DNA of 64,000 bases from an uncultured bacterium (GTDB lineage Bacteria > Acidobacteriota > Thermoanaerobaculia > Multivoradales > JAHZIX01). This document shows, piece by piece, positions 61,201 through 64,000 of this stretch (within the stretch, counting starts at the first letter, position 1; every line of letters starts with the position of its first letter). Under the pieces are notes generated by a model, which ran no database searches, had not been told where the DNA came from, and was given only the letters and a program-made list of their open reading frames with translations. The stretch covers positions 32,001 to 96,000 of the forward strand of contig CBDUPA010000019.1 in the NCBI GenBank assembly GCA_965368975.1, written 5' to 3'. The translations under genes were made by a program, and so were the position numbers.

Positions 61201-64000
61201 CAACGCTGGCTGCGCCCAGCGCGTGCGCCGCAGCTGTGCCGCGGCCTCGCTGTCGTCGGCGGGCGCGTGCAGCAGGGTGCGCAGATCAAGCCCCAGGCGC
61301 GAGCGCAGGTGCTCGGCTCCCTCGTCGATCCAGCGCCGGTACTCGGGCTCGGTCTCGTACAGGGCCGCGCCCATGCTGGGGAACTGGCTCCCCTGCCCCG
61401 GCAGCAGGAAGGCGACGCGCGGCCGGGCACTGCCGGCGGTGATCGCGCGCAGGTGTGCAGGCACGTCGCGGCTGCGCAGCGCGCGCATGGCTCCGGCCAC
61501 ATCGCGGCACACCACCAGGCGACGTGTCGGCCAGCGTGGACGGCCGCTGCGCAGCGTATGCGCCACATCCGCCAGATCGGGGGCGGCCAGATCGGGGGCG
61601 ATGCGCTCGGAGACGACCTGCTCGTCCAGCCAGGTCGCCAAGTCCTCGCAAGTGGTGTGCAGGGCCGCCGGTGTGTGCGCCGATAACAGCAGCAGGTGCC
61701 AGGCGTCCCCGGCGGCGCTCTCGGCGGGTGGCTTCGGCTCGTCGGCGACAGCTCCGGCGATCGCGGAAGGTGCCTGCTGCAGCACGACGTGCGCGTTGGT
61801 GCCGCCGAGCCCGAAGGCACTGACACCCGCACGGCGCGGCAGCTCGGAGGACGGCCAGGACTCGGCCTGGCCGCTGACGTAGAAAGGCCCCTCCTCGAAG
61901 GGAGCCGCCGGATTGGCCGTCTCGAAGCCGGCGGTCGGCGGTACGACGCCATGACGCAGCGCCAGCACCGTCTTGATCAGGCCAGCGATCCCCGCCGCCG
62001 CGCCCAGGTGACCGATGCTCGCCTTGACGGCACCCAGGGGTCGCCGGTCGTCGACCTCGGCGAACGCCCGGTTGAGCGCCGACACTTCGATCGGATCGCC
62101 CAGCTGCGTGCCCGTGCCGTGCGCCTCGACATAGCCGATCGTGGCCGCCTCGACCGCAGCGTCGGCGTGCGCGGCCGCGATCACGCGGGCTTGGGCCTCG
62201 ATGCTCGGGGCGGTGAAGCCGGCTTTGTGCTTGCCGTCGTTGTTGACCGCCGAGCCCAGCACGAGGGCATGAATCGGGTCCCCCGAGGCCAAGGCATCAT
62301 CGAGCCGACGCAAGGCCACCAAGCCAGCACCACTACCCCAGACGGTGCCGTCGGCCGCCGCATCGAAGGCTCGGCAGCGACCACTCAGCGCATCGATGCC
62401 GCCTTCTTCGTACAGATAGCCCGTGACCTGCGGCACCTTGATCGACACACCACCGGCCAGGGCCAGGTCGCAGTCACCCGCGCGCAGTGCACGGCACGCC
62501 AGGTGCACCGCCACCAGGGCGGTGGAACACGCCGTCTGGACGCTGACGGCGGGGCCGCTGAGCCCCAGGCGGTAAGCCAGCTGGGTGACGAAGTAATCAC
62601 GGTCCGCGCCCATCGCCAGCTGGTAGGCGCCCACCTCGCGCAGCAGGTTGGGATCGCGTTGCAGGTAGTGCAAGAAGTAGGTGGAGAGCGTGCCACCGGC
62701 GAAAACGCCGATCGAGCCGGCAAAGCGTTCGGGATCGACCGCAGCATCGTCGAGAGCGAGACGCGCGGTCTCGAGCAACAACCGCACCTGCGGATCGAGC
62801 AGCTGAGCCTGACGCGGCGTCAGCCCGAAGTGCTCGGCGTCGAAGTCCTCGACACCGTCGAGCACGCCCCGACCGCGCACCAACTTCGGATGCGTCACCA
62901 GCTCGGCAGGCAGGCCCGCCGCCAGCAACTCTTCGTCGGTGAAGCGGCGCACCGCCTCGCGACCGTCGAGCAGCTGCCGCCAGAAGGCGTCGACATCGGG
63001 CGCACCCGGGAACCGGCCCGCCATGCCGACGATGGCGATCGGTACGGCACTCTCGCCAACACCGGCACTGGCACTGGCACTGGCACCGGCCGGCCGAGAC
63101 GCTTGCAGCACCTGGGCTCGGACCGCCGGCTCCGACGTCTCCAGCAGGCGTGCCAGGTAGCGAGCCTGCCCGCGCACCGTCGGATGCGCGAACAGCTCGA
63201 CCAGCGGCAGCTCACGGCCCGCCAGCTGCTGCAAGCGCGCGTGCAGACGCACCAGCAGCAGCGAGTGACCGCCGAGGTCGAAGAAACTGGCTTCCGGGTC
63301 GACCGCTGGCACTTCGAGCAACTCGGCCCACAACGCCTCGATGTCGCGCTCCAGCCGTTCTTCCGGCGTCGAGCCGGGCAGCAGCGGCGCGGCGGCCAGT
63401 TCGGCTCCAGAAACGGCTCCAGGCACTACCTGTGCCGACGAAGCCAGTACCGACGAAGCCAGTACCGACGAAGCCAGTGCCGACGAAGCCAGCGCCGGCA
63501 GACGCTGGGCCAGGGCGCGGCGATCGACCTTGGCGTTGGCGGTCAGCGGTAGTCGATCGAGGACCTCGAAGGCCGCGGGCACCATGTAGGCCGGCAGACG
63601 CTGCAGCAACGCGGCGCGTACCGCTCCGGGGTCGATCCCGCCCGTGGCAACGGCCCCCGCCGATCCCGCCTGGGGCACAAGGAACGCGACCAGGCGACTG
63701 GCCACTCCCAGCTGCGGTCCCCTCAGCCCAGTACTACTGCTCGGGCCCTGCGCCAGCACCACCGCCTCGCGCACCTCTGGCAGGGCCACTAGGACCGCTT
63801 CGATCTCCGCCGGTTCGACGCGGAACCCGCGAATCTTGATCTGCTTGTCCCGGCGACCGGCGAACGCGACTTCGCCATTGGGTAGATAGCGGCCGAGATC
63901 GCCGGATCGATAGAGGCGAATCTGCGACTGGGTGCGGGCAGCGTCAGGATGGACTACATCCGGTGTGAACGCCAGAGCCGTGGCGCGGGGATCGTCCAGG
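34222..64000 (-). CDS. Giant hybrid NRPS-PKS (gene A), 5'-truncated by the window edge; more than 9900 aa
   Basis: The ORF track gives 34222..63789, but the frame stays open to the edge (LDDPRATALAFTPD...RLYRSGDLGRYLPNGEVAFAGRRDKQIKIRGFRVEPAEIE), so it begins in the middle of an A domain. It contains T, KS-AT-ACP and six NRPS modules with three E domains. Confidence 0.96.
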   Translation of the reverse strand, partial: LDDPRATALAFTPDVVHPDAARTQSQIRLYRSGDLGRYLPNGEVAFAGRRDKQIKIRGFRVEPAEIEAVLVALPEVREAVVLAQGPSSSTGLRGPQLGVASRLVAFLVPQAGSAGAVATGGIDPGAVRAALLQRLPAYMVPAAFEVLDRLPLTANAKVDRRALAQRLPALASSALASSVLASSVLASSAQVVPGAVSGAELAAAPLLPGSTPEERLERDIEALWAELLEVPAVDPEASFFDLGGHSLLLVRLHARLQQLAGRELPLVELFAHPTVRGQARYLARLLETSEPAVRAQVLQASRPAGASASASAGVGESAVPIAIVGMAGRFPGAPDVDAFWRQLLDGREAVRRFTDEELLAAGLPAELVTHPKLVRGRGVLDGVEDFDAEHFGLTPRQAQLLDPQVRLLLETARLALDDAAVDPERFAGSIGVFAGGTLSTYFLHYLQRDPNLLREVGAYQLAMGADRDYFVTQLAYRLGLSGPAVSVQTACSTALVAVHLACRALRAGDCDLALAGGVSIKVPQVTGYLYEEGGIDALSGRCRAFDAAADGTVWGSGAGLVALRRLDDALASGDPIHALVLGSAVNNDGKHKAGFTAPSIEAQARVIAAAHADAAVEAATIGYVEAHGTGTQLGDPIEVSALNRAFAEVDDRRPLGAVKASIGHLGAAAGIAGLIKTVLALRHGVVPPTAGFETANPAAPFEEGPFYVSGQAESWPSSELPRRAGVSAFGLGGTNAHVVLQQAPSAIAGAVADEPKPPAESAAGDAWHLLLLSAHTPAALHTTCEDLATWLDEQVVSERIAPDLAAPDLADVAHTLRSGRPRWPTRRLVVCRDVAGAMRALRSRDVPAHLRAITAGSARPRVAFLLPGQGSQFPSMGAALYETEPEYRRWIDEGAEHLRSRLGLDLRTLLHAPADDSEAAAQLRRTRWAQPALLLVEVALARLWQHWGIEPVALLGHSVGEYAAATLAGVLSLRDALDLMALRGELMEPLDGGAMVSVAAAGSDIEARYLQASQDEAGNPGERVEVAAVNAPSVCVLTGPVAAVEAMQARLEADGISCRRLPTDHAFHSAMMEPICAAFAEAVGRVELRPPTLPYISNLTGDWVTAEQTQDPDYWARHLRRSVRFADGVECLSQLEDLVLLEVGPGRTLGSLARQTLRQDGLQPKSDVPSRKPVTAIASMRRQSDAAEAQEDDRARALEALGRLWLAGADVDWQRFDGSATQTPRRRHLPGTAFQRQRHWVELDGIAPLWAGETGPAQPHSAPSMPLRVDAEVEVASSAVAPSDIDDTVAGRIAALLGRLLGVPEVGAQDDFFELGGDSLLATRFLSLLRDEIGAELSLPELFTASTPHALAGLLEARDPGLSAAAEADRVIPLDAVDLDLDLLPPRPQHPPLSFAQERLWFLERLEDSGTAYNLPAALELRGRLDVARLRAALRRVVERHEVLRTRLPELDGRPYQEILPASSPIVRASTALPVVDLGALAGSSSEVAAIAVGTLADQLLARAAGRRFDLSRGPLLRTVLLRLPSAPDSATKHLSEPKHRLLIELHHTVADGWSWHRLWLEVGAFYGDEAASIPPLPLQYADFAVAQRRQLQGERLQDLLRVWRRRLDPPPPPVELPVDRPRSTVDTAEAARGARLLETLTPAETAAIEELTRSSGLTGSGLTVFMVLLAAFGELLSRHGGAGDPATDLAVGTPVAGRTQQQLEPLLGVFVNTLPLRLDLGGSTTSGGPTVAEVLERVRAVTLEAYAHQDLPFSQLVAALQPERRLDREPLIQTLLVLQNTEAPSAAPVGLPGVEVRPLSVAAGGAKYDLSLSVTPLRDGAGVRTLRLDAEYRPALVDATTIRRLLGHYRQLLAGFAAEPQQRLRRLELLSPAECHQLAQEWHGPASLRKATGDILASETLASLVAASAGRVPEAVALVAGSRHVSYRELWRRAGRIATGVADRIAPAEALTGSEAEPRVGVALPRTPLLVESLLGVLRAGAAYVPLDPAYPAERTVFMLQDSGAALLLISDGGESSSGVEVVDPALLVEVSLAEVSLAEEEQRTGASLADSLDNFPDHSRPERLAYVIYTSGSTGKPKGVAIEHRRAVARMRWAGQTFTAAQLAGTLAATSVCFDLSVFELFTPLVHGGSVVLAANALQLPHLRAAARVSLVNTVPSALTALVALEQDGEAALPPALAAVNLAGEPLPPTLAGQLLQLRPRVELRNLYGPSEDTTYSTGTRLKSTPDGVRVTLGLPLPGTTAAVLDRHARVQPVGVAGDLHLSGGGLARGYLGRPALTAERFLPAVPVLATALAAGLATGLAAGRPCRHESDRDGAALRIGGSRMYRTGDLVRRLADGRLDYLGRLDHQVKLRGFRIELGEIESLLAGHPEVRRAVTVVHAGTRLVAYVEPAAERGDSVANSPDEDGLRRRLLAHLGTRLPVYMVPSRIEMLETLPQLPNGKVDRSQLARRSLPMEGTAMEGTAMDGAAQDTALERTAEASATLGSTGARLAEVWQQVLGLETLPGADAHFFELGGDSILSIQVVSQARKAGLTLTPRQLFEHPTLGALAALLQQSGVEQGSGGVAVAESGPAFATTPSSDRLLEGPVPLTPIQHWFLRPGVRDPHHFNQAWWLRDAGDPPLDPALLRRVLRQLPERHDALRLRFDQRPGKDGGTWQQRYASRAEARQLDSLVHVDLERLAPAARESEARRLGEALQGRFDLARGPLLRVLLLTYGTAPAELLWCAHHLVVDGVTWRLLLSDVAAGYAALASAAGSEFGAAARSSASFRDWAQAQVRLAHDSRTLDGALCWLEPWLGSRPSTILPTAVEAAEPQRTASLDVEFDRELTTRLLGPVSSRLRMKVDEVLLAVLARAWPDRAESTALWLDLERHGRDLPGVECSDVAGWFTALFPVLLPLDEAPEAAADLRSVRRQLRALPEGGIPFGIVRYLGPPHASKALANLPPRHLVFNYLGQAGGAGLTGSGRAGSGQSGSGEAGRWQPLDRPVRSLRSPRQPRPHAYEINGAVIEGRLCLRWTYPDGAEAGASMPARAERFRQRLAELVQYGDSAQALRLWPEDVPLAGFADNPAETAQLLSLQERAGGAIEDLYPLAPMQRGMIFHSLQAPTDGAYVGQMLLELEPQTDGSFDAAALPLAMAAAWRRLLARQPMLRTGILGLDRSQPLQAVYRQVPLPWSRIELDGLRTDDCAWALDQLLAADRRHGFDLQRPPLLRLLWISRAEEGPALLCSHHHLLLDGWSMALLIRDLAGDLAHYAAGSRARATGEGRRGASTSLAPARPYRDFIAWLAERDLAERDPAAAETFWRTTLDGLRAPTRLAVQRPVEASTAEAGTDDRSETGKQDGGHFARSVHLSAAQAEAVSAAARHAGVTLNTWVQAAWGLVLGRFSGDRDIVFGAVSSGREADLSGIDQMVGLFINTLPVRLSLAPSQRVTSWLHQQQTRQAQVREHEYVALADVQRWSPLPAGEQLFDTLLVFENYPVDRLASQQAGQDLRVRRAHMREQTNYPLTLIAEPAAGADGAAAGLHLKLDAQWQAFEPVAVGALLHQLHWLLGTVLPAAVDSETRLGALPALPPTERQALLFEYQGLPVPHSPDPSLHGPSLHGPVVAQATQRPDAVALLAGRHHLSFAALVCGARAVAGRLRAAGVGLDDRVGLLAERTPRALTGILGVLMAGAAYVPVDPQAPPSRLQQLAADAAFAVVLTDAEHAALAAELGVATVARLEDATSDDAPQDDADEVDAAAVAVEQGLVHPQAAAYVIYTSGTTGAAKGVVISQASAGGFAATFRRQLALTPADRLMLFAPLSFDASVLQTFPALGAGAGLLIPRQPRLLVGRALLGYAARHGLTVLDLPAALWRAWVDDTAAHGLPLPRRLRLCLTGGESVPHAHLRTWAGLAPWPMDFLSSYGPTETTVTATAIEARNLDVLRRSAGAAPASQGNLRLGHPLAGVRLYLLATGAEALGQQPVPRGVAGELVLGGPGVARGYLGRPAQTATVFVPDGIEAFVPDGVEASVAGGRLYRTGDLARRDFRGELEFLGRADRQIKLRGFRLEPAEIEAVLRQHPAVREAAVVLRKDHPGERLLTAYVTPAGSADPAADDLRQLAAAHLPDYAVPAAFVVLDTVPLLASGKLDMKALPAPQLSSAALGGVGSAAGATRTVGRPPAGDLERRLAEIWIQVLGLQAAGAELDLEAFDAEADFFALGGDSILTIQLVARAQQAGVQLDARDVFAHPSVARLAAHLQASPERARPEAEQGPVSGPTPPTPIQRWWRNLGAPAHFNQALLLQPSRQVSPGHLDRALGRLLRHHDALRLVWRVPAEGASATEDNAGEPLILPPLARAETPYACLDLRGLPAERRPAEAQRLATRAQASFDAARGPLVRLLHVLGVSPREESPIQEYLIWLCHHLVVDAVSWRLLLDDLESLVLERRLPPKTAPWTAWSRHLAELAAAPEAPARAAAWAAYLAAPVLHLPEDVRAARETASPEVDTFGRQASVERRLSTDLTGTLLTDALSVYGGSLADAVLSALLRAWPRHLQAEPLEKPADGPAEGQHRRHPVLLVELEGHGRDVLLDGALDVSRTAGWFTVQTPLVLQPASAGTAKPAEALQKVRTAQDELRRGVAPGPGDATDSHASDGHSSEMGALAGLDGRAEWGVLQGLPTPIPKARPTLGFNYLGRLDAAGGSQLWEPRLDVPAWIGPQVDPELPRPLALELQAAVREGRLEMTLRYAPSRHQRATVELLLDGLTSALEELAAAARDLLVRMTLDGRRPEAIYPVTPMQQGMLFHSLRAPGQGLYVQQLTLRLAPGLDVQAFHRAWHQLLERHAVLRTGFFALDTETPLQAVRAWPSWSDSWSDSLADGGSPLALHPLPLQVVDLSRLPEPVRVAEWQGLADADRRQGFAAGAAPLMRLLLAREFAALTSSQAEGATRYRFLWSHHHALMDGWSLPRLLGEVRALYAGAALAPPPPPFQRYAEYLEGRDATAEERFWRAYLAGFDEPTPLPASGPTSGAVVASGDGRADEGHAFDDRRQPLSHDLVQALEAFARRHRLTLNTLFQGAWARLLAVHAGVTEGASDGGVPDVVFGAVTAGRSAPLPGIEEMVGLFINTLPVRVHFDGRPLVPWLQALQRAQVEQRAYEATPPARLQAWSQVPAGRSLFETLLAFENYPLEADHSASNEPSSLQVEEVAAREQPHYPLSLLVVPGRDQRLELRLLSQRSRFVSTEALRLLGHLLRLLEGLASVGEEDSSRANLPIEALSLLGKSESHQLLIEWNETPNLAEHPGREPAVLHERIAARARRVPERTAVVCGRRWLSFGELDRRATALAARLRRVGAGPDQVVAVCLQRSPELMVALLGVLRAGAAYVPLDPDYPHERLAFMLDDAWANQLGHDDPTSDQGSEQSSDQGGILLVQPHAVPQLQQQAVDRGAAVLRLAPDGGVEMPDSHTDLAAAPDEMQPWTESKPEHLAYVIYTSGSTGKPKGAMNSHRAICNRLAWMQQQYQLNAGTPGTGGDAGDVVLQKTPASFDVSVWEFFWPLLEGVRLVLAKPGGHKDPAYLTWLIRRQAITTLHFVPSLLQVFVDQPDLPACRSLRRVVTSGEALSGPLARRLLQRLPLPLLSDAGLPGAGLHNLYGPTEAAVDVTYHCCTPDELAAGVPIGRPVTNTRILLLDRQGESVPIGVGGELHIGGVQLARGYWRRPAKTAEVFVPARGGEGESLDRGARLYRTGDLARYKPDGEIDFLGRIDHQVKIRGLRIELGEIEAALDEHPRVRDAVVVAHRTGGSAGSARLVAYVVLDASDTRGEDSWQEDLRAHLRSRLPDYMVPALWLRLDALPLLPNGKVDRRALPAPDGGLSREIAYEAPVEETEIRLAAVFARVLGLERVGRHDNFFSLGGDSILSLRVGAQAAEQGLEIGFGDLFTHSTVAQLATVSRVMGAEQAEGAAPDQEAWAGPFELLTNADRQRLQDRETELEDAYPVSALQLGMLYFTEHASPDTAAEPSAEPGAVYHNVSALHLRGDVNPGTLQRALEAVTDRHPALRTSFDLDRFDEPLQLVARRAPVRFSVCDLSALAPEDRERQRARRFEAEQRARFDVRRPPLLRVWLLPYGDGSFVFGWSEHHAIIDGWSIASWLTEVFSEVQRLLGTASRDATPPAPPYRHFVQLERQMLANREPSREAWDFWSRQLAGAEMLRLPRAGTLADQPPGVDVIEVPMPDTAALEALARAIGVTLKSVLLAVHLHVLEQLSGSRDVMTGLVSNGRPEGADSERTMGLFLNTLPLRLRLPSARHGGSWRQLIRSVYDAEVAMLPYRRLPLAELQRRLADGSALFEVAFNYIHFHVLASADNLAERLETLAVHTFAETDFTLMVQTGRNAGDGRPTLELQYRRERLHPAQVRQWAGWYRRTLEALVAASAEPDLPRHARSLLSRAEHHQLRYAWNDTRVTWPADGSRYLHRRVAATVERLPDVVALVAGLQHVSYAELWRRACHLAARLQALGAGPDRRVALCLERSAELSIALLGTLLSGSAYLPLDPEHPPTRLAEIVGDAEPVAIVTVAALRARVDALRPLLPQPAPPCLELDVSSPAGARSPDAVARIPADAGADQLVPADAGADQLVPADAGADQLAYVIYTSGSTGKPKGAMISHRSIDNRLRWMQTAYELGPGDVVLQKTPVTFDVSVWELFWPLLEGARLVLARPGGHRDPAYLAALIRRAGISVLHFVPSMLQLYVDAAPEEATQRPWGPRLVVTSGEALPVSLAERTLAQLDPRRGARLENLYGPTEAAVDVTRWTCRPSATTLPIGRPIANTRIHLLDASLRPVAALVPGQLWIAGVNVGRGYLRRPALTAAAFRPDPFPEDGTGGARAYATGDLARHRGDGAIDFLGRIDFQVKVRGLRIELGEIEDVLRRLPEVADAVVVAQRTAGGDSRLIAYLTASSTQDPSDLRQRLADTLPDYMIPAAFVQLDALPLNTSGKVDRKALPAPDSDLLAAGTGGADAGGPPRDELETRLAALFSELLEVPVSGRDADFFALGGHSLLATRLLGRLRRDMASESGVGAEVSLRLGDIFRAGTVAALAQRLREAGSVSEEASGRTSVGPPLRRISRDQVLPASFAQQRFWVLDRLLAPLPDGPLEARQVQAGQPEGALDGRAAYNVVFASRLESTSEDEAGSKGAVLNRALLHGALLNRAVRAVVARHEVLHSHLDADEEGRLRQVIAPAATGVSVPCLDLHHLAPSRRSAEARRLAQLAGARPFDLRRAPLHRWLLVRQEPATHTLLLVLHHAVTDGWSVGLLVREVVEEYQRQHSRQLGGQVAQPAASAPAEESLQYADYAAWQRAWFDAGGAAAQLDWWRQQLRGLEPLDLPSDRPRPAQQSFTGGRLALPLPASLTQSLEAFAGSRGSTLFMTLLAGFQLLLGRLAARADVAVGTPVAGRPRPELETLQGCFVNTLVLRSDLAAADGFGQLVTRVRDETLAAQERQDLPFEQLVAALQPRRDRSRTPLFQVLFVLQNVPPVHLSLPGLAVRPLEVETAQARFDLSLTVEPAGAGTYRAIADWSLALFDATTVRRWMAAWQRLLAAGVAQPQVPLADLPWLSVAQEQQVLREWNETPALLPAELPPAHPPVPVSEPAVLDARIGARAGQWPQAIAVQCGQHWLSYDELLSRAETLAECLREQGAGPESVIAVCMPRSLELVVALLGILRSGAAYVPLDPDYPSERLTFMLGDAWSAAANEDRGLLVTAPGLAPAVESAAVTAGGVIVELHGDGSLHVPTASTSQTASTSLADRRPENLAYVIYTSGSTGKPKGAMNSHRAICNRLHWMQQQYGLAAGDVVLQKTPASFDVSVWEFFWPLLEGVRLVLAKPAGHKDPGYLARLIVRQAVTTLHFVPSMLQVFVEEPGLQLCTSLRRVVASGEALPAALARRLLERRPGAGLYNLYGPTEAAVDVTHHPCRLDETGSSAAIGRPVANTRILLLDRRGAPVPIGVAGELHIGGVQLARGYLGRPARTASSFVPDGTHQGNRVPEGTHKQYRGRLYRTGDLARTLADGEIEFLGRLDHQVKIRGLRIELGEIEAALATLAPVGDVTVRDIVVTAWRPAQAADSPARLVAYVATDAPPASESEWVADLRAQLGTRLPDYMVPALWVRLPELPLLPNGKVDRKALPAPGVQASEVQGEAAPSNDRESALATIWQEVLGAGPFGIHDDFFAQGGDSILALQVVARARSAGLGLTPAQLFEHPTIAAQAAAAVGLDEVELVHSASAAGPVPPTPIQAWFLDHLRQGGQELHLERPEHPGHHFNQALLLQPAQPLAAPELFTVLRVLFERHDALRLRLEVLDGAVDGAWRPVLASAQRASHLASSAGAVVDLGRMPEPAAVEQLTTCLQRSFDLTRGPLLRAVLIRLGGREQRLWLGAHHLVVDGVSWRILLQDLATVLTAVRAGRDPLAAVAGVGTSFRAWSEWLQSFDAAEPLAAVASYWRRLHKRLPPPLPLAQSGDAPTENGIRADEASVSVELDGATTRDLLQRAGAAYRMRVDEILLTALTLACAEWSGEDRLWLDLEGHGRDAEALTSLRADEAAAPDLSRTVGWLTSLYPVLLDLGAARGPAGEAGLDLGAALKAIKEQLRTLPAGGLAFGLVRERLASMAPSLPPSVRQPEVLFNYLGQLHRGGGVAAEGEAPWRAAAESAGPDASPRLRRSHALMVDAQVVAGAAEGPEQQPMQQPRLQLRLRYDRRRGAQDVLERVAASFAEHLHGLVAHCLQPDAGGYTPSDFPLAVLRATELDELVTVVGGRLEDLYPATPMQQGMLFHSLRAPRSGVYVQQLVLRFGGEGAAGSTLDERALYSAWGRLLERHPALRTAFWLQFDEPLQVVLPAEAVALPWTVSDWSDLPPVDQRRALDRLLVADRLRAFRLPAAPLFRLALLRLGAGERALIWSYHHALLDGWSTPILLRELFEFYRAARQRQRVEIAPPAGRFRDFVAWLQPRLASGEAEEFWRSRLADIAAPTPLPADRPAREGSTGGSQHEHRSFLTPQLSEDLEARARQLRITTNSLLQGAWALLLAQTLWGQRGARGGSTGGDSETEVVFGAITAGRSAPLPGLQETVGLFINILPVRRQVSPSAKTADWLRALHEELAALRRFEYSPLAQLQAWSGVPPGQPLFDSILVYENFPVGASASAAGGGLGLRGVEMAEQTNYPLTLVAAPGDRLSLRLLYDPERFDATTALRLLGQLQRLLEGLSGPDVSAEQLGDLPRLSPAERQLLVVERNDTRLELAPERRLLPAAWLAQAARTPDALALTVGSHTERQLSYGQLRARAEDLAYQLRALGAGPDVPVAFCLPRSTGLLVSMLGVLLAGATCVPLDPEVPPERLEFQLQDSGARLLVLNTEGNSSLRSRFAALPHLQVVELDTLDRVTAAVPVPETGRQQGGRKALLPPPELHPDHLFYVIYTSGSTGRPKGVQLSHRAMSNLVAWDQAAWHTGDRPRVFGFSPVGFDACYNETFLAWVTGGTLCFLDDAARRDVPKVTDYLERQRVDKALVPVVLLQQLAEEAAEGRWPASSLSALITAGEQQHVTPLVRRLFEQRPELVLGNYYGPSESHVVTARYFRRGPGQPESQREPEQWPARPPIGVPLPNTQIQILGSDLYPVALGTTGELWIGGDCLARGYLARAALTADRFRPHPLAGRVAAAGARLYRSGDLARWRVDGEIEYLDRADFQVKIRGFRVEPGEVQAVLESHPDVRQAAVVAAADPTLAATGGQRLLAYVVPVGDTEADVAAAGTSLVDISSELRMFLLQRLPSYMVPSAFVRLAELPVNANGKLDRRALPQPDGTATGTLFVAPRTAVEAVLCGIWRRVLGVERVGVDDDFFDLGGHSLLATRIVSRVRRTFRVEFPLPAFFELARPTVGELAKAVIAHESRPGQAEVIARALQRVSRKSEETE
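34310..37665 (-). other. Module 6: C(DCL)-A(Pro clade, code DANLIAYVVK)-T
   Basis: DLYPATPMQQGMLFH, WSYHHALLDGWS; FDACYNE / ALVPVV / LITAGEQ / NYYGPSESHVVT; [10 protein letters not shown]. Confidence 0.8.
37730..42700 (-). other. Module 5: C(LCL)-A(Ser, code DVWHVSLVDK)-T-E (D-Ser)
   Basis: LHHAVTDGWS; LQKTPASFDVSVWEFFWPL, HFVPSML, NLYGPTEAAVDV; GGDSIL. E domain motifs: PTPIQAWF, HHLVVDGVSW, EGHGRD, FNYLGQ. Confidence 0.88.
42790..46110 (-). other. Module 4: C(modAA/dehydrating type)-A(Ser, code DVWHVSLVDK)-T
   Basis: EDAYPVSALQLGML, VYHNV, RHPALRTSFDLDRFDEPLQLV, SEHHAIIDGWSIASWLTE, FEVAFNYIHFHV; Ser A-domain motifs; GGHSLL. Confidence 0.8.
44150..44235. repeat. 30-bp tandem repeat x~2.8, in frame (PADAGADQLV)
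   Basis: (t/c)gccccggcatccgccggcacgagttggtc is repeated just before the A3 motif of module 4. Confidence 0.95.
46230..49700 (-). other. Module 3: C(DCL)-A(Ser, code DVWHVSLVDK)-T(GGDSI), no E domain
   Basis: AIYPVTPMQQGMLFH, WSHHHALMDGWS; Ser A-domain motifs; NFFSLGGDSILS. Confidence 0.88.
49760..54745 (-). other. Module 2: C(DCL)-A(unassigned, code DALDLGSVTK)-T-E
   Basis: DLYPLAPMQRGMIFH, SHHHLLLDGWS; FDASVLQ / VLDLPA / CLTGGE / SSYGPTETTVT; GGDSIL. E domain motifs: HHLVVDAVSW, EGHGRD, RTAGWFT, FNYLGR. Confidence 0.82.
54850..59830 (-). other. Module 1: C-A(Ala, code DLFNNALTYK)-T-E (D-Ala)
   Basis: LHHTVADGWS; FDLSVFE / VNTVPS / VNLAGE / NLYGPSEDTTYS; GGDSIL. E domain motifs: LTPIQHWF, HHLVVDGVTW, ERHGRD, FNYLGQ. 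Confidence 0.85.
59940..63045 (-). other. cis-AT PKS module KS-AT(malonyl)-ACP without KR/DH/ER
   Basis: KS: IAIVGMAGRFPGA, QTACST, EAHGTGT, SIGHL (intact Cys-His-His). AT: PGQGSQ, GHSVGE, HAFHS. ACP: FFELGGDSL. About 50 aa separate the post-AT linker from the ACP, with no NADPH-binding motif. Confidence 0.92.
63150..64000 (-). other. Module 0 (partial): C-terminal part of an A domain plus the T domain feeding the KS
   Basis: [48 protein letters not shown]. Confidence 0.9.
63436..63495. repeat. 15-bp tandem repeat x4, in frame (LASSV/LASSA) in the A-T linker
   Basis: cgacgaagccagtac x2, cgacgaagccagtgc, cgacgaagccagcgc. Confidence 0.95.

Noticed and set aside
63787-63789. Start codon of the 9855-aa ORF as given in the track
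   Set aside because: It falls inside an A domain and the frame is open to the window edge, so the true start is upstream.

Overview
The whole window is the interior of one very large, minus-strand, co-linear hybrid NRPS-PKS assembly line in high-GC DNA (roughly 70% by eye). It has three consecutive giant genes and no tailoring, transport, regulatory, RNA or CRISPR loci. Gene A (>64000..34222, 5' end outside the window): [A]-T-KS-AT-ACP-C-A(Ala)-T-E-C-A(Arg-clade?)-T-E-C-A(Ser)-T-C(modAA, dehydrating type)-A(Ser)-T-C-A(Ser)-T-E-C-A(Pro-clade)-T. Gene B (34131..27091): C-A(basic?)-T-C-A(Leu-clade variant)-T. Gene C (27091..<1) is missing from the supplied ORF track because it runs off the window: C-A(Asp-clade)-T-C-A(Cys-clade)-T-E-C-A(Gly-clade)-T-C-A(Asn)-T-C-A(Leu)-T-C-A(Glu)-T-C-A(aromatic)-T-C-[A]. 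That gives 15 complete NRPS modules, 2 partial modules and 1 KR-less PKS module. No starter or thioesterase is visible. Inferred backbone: ...X-(ketide)-D-Ala-D-X-Dha-Ser-D-Ser-Pro*-Lys*-Leu*-Asp*-D-Cys*-Gly*-Asn-Leu-Glu-Aro-X... I do not recognise this as a known compound. Notable points: a dehydrating C domain together with a Cys-clade epimerising module (possible thioether cross-link), many non-standard A-domain codes, charge-inverted docking pairs, a GTAG-type REP palindrome in frame inside an A domain, and many frame-preserving (mostly 15-bp) tandem micro-duplications. Domain boundaries are approximate. Specificity codes were read by eye against GrsA numbering.
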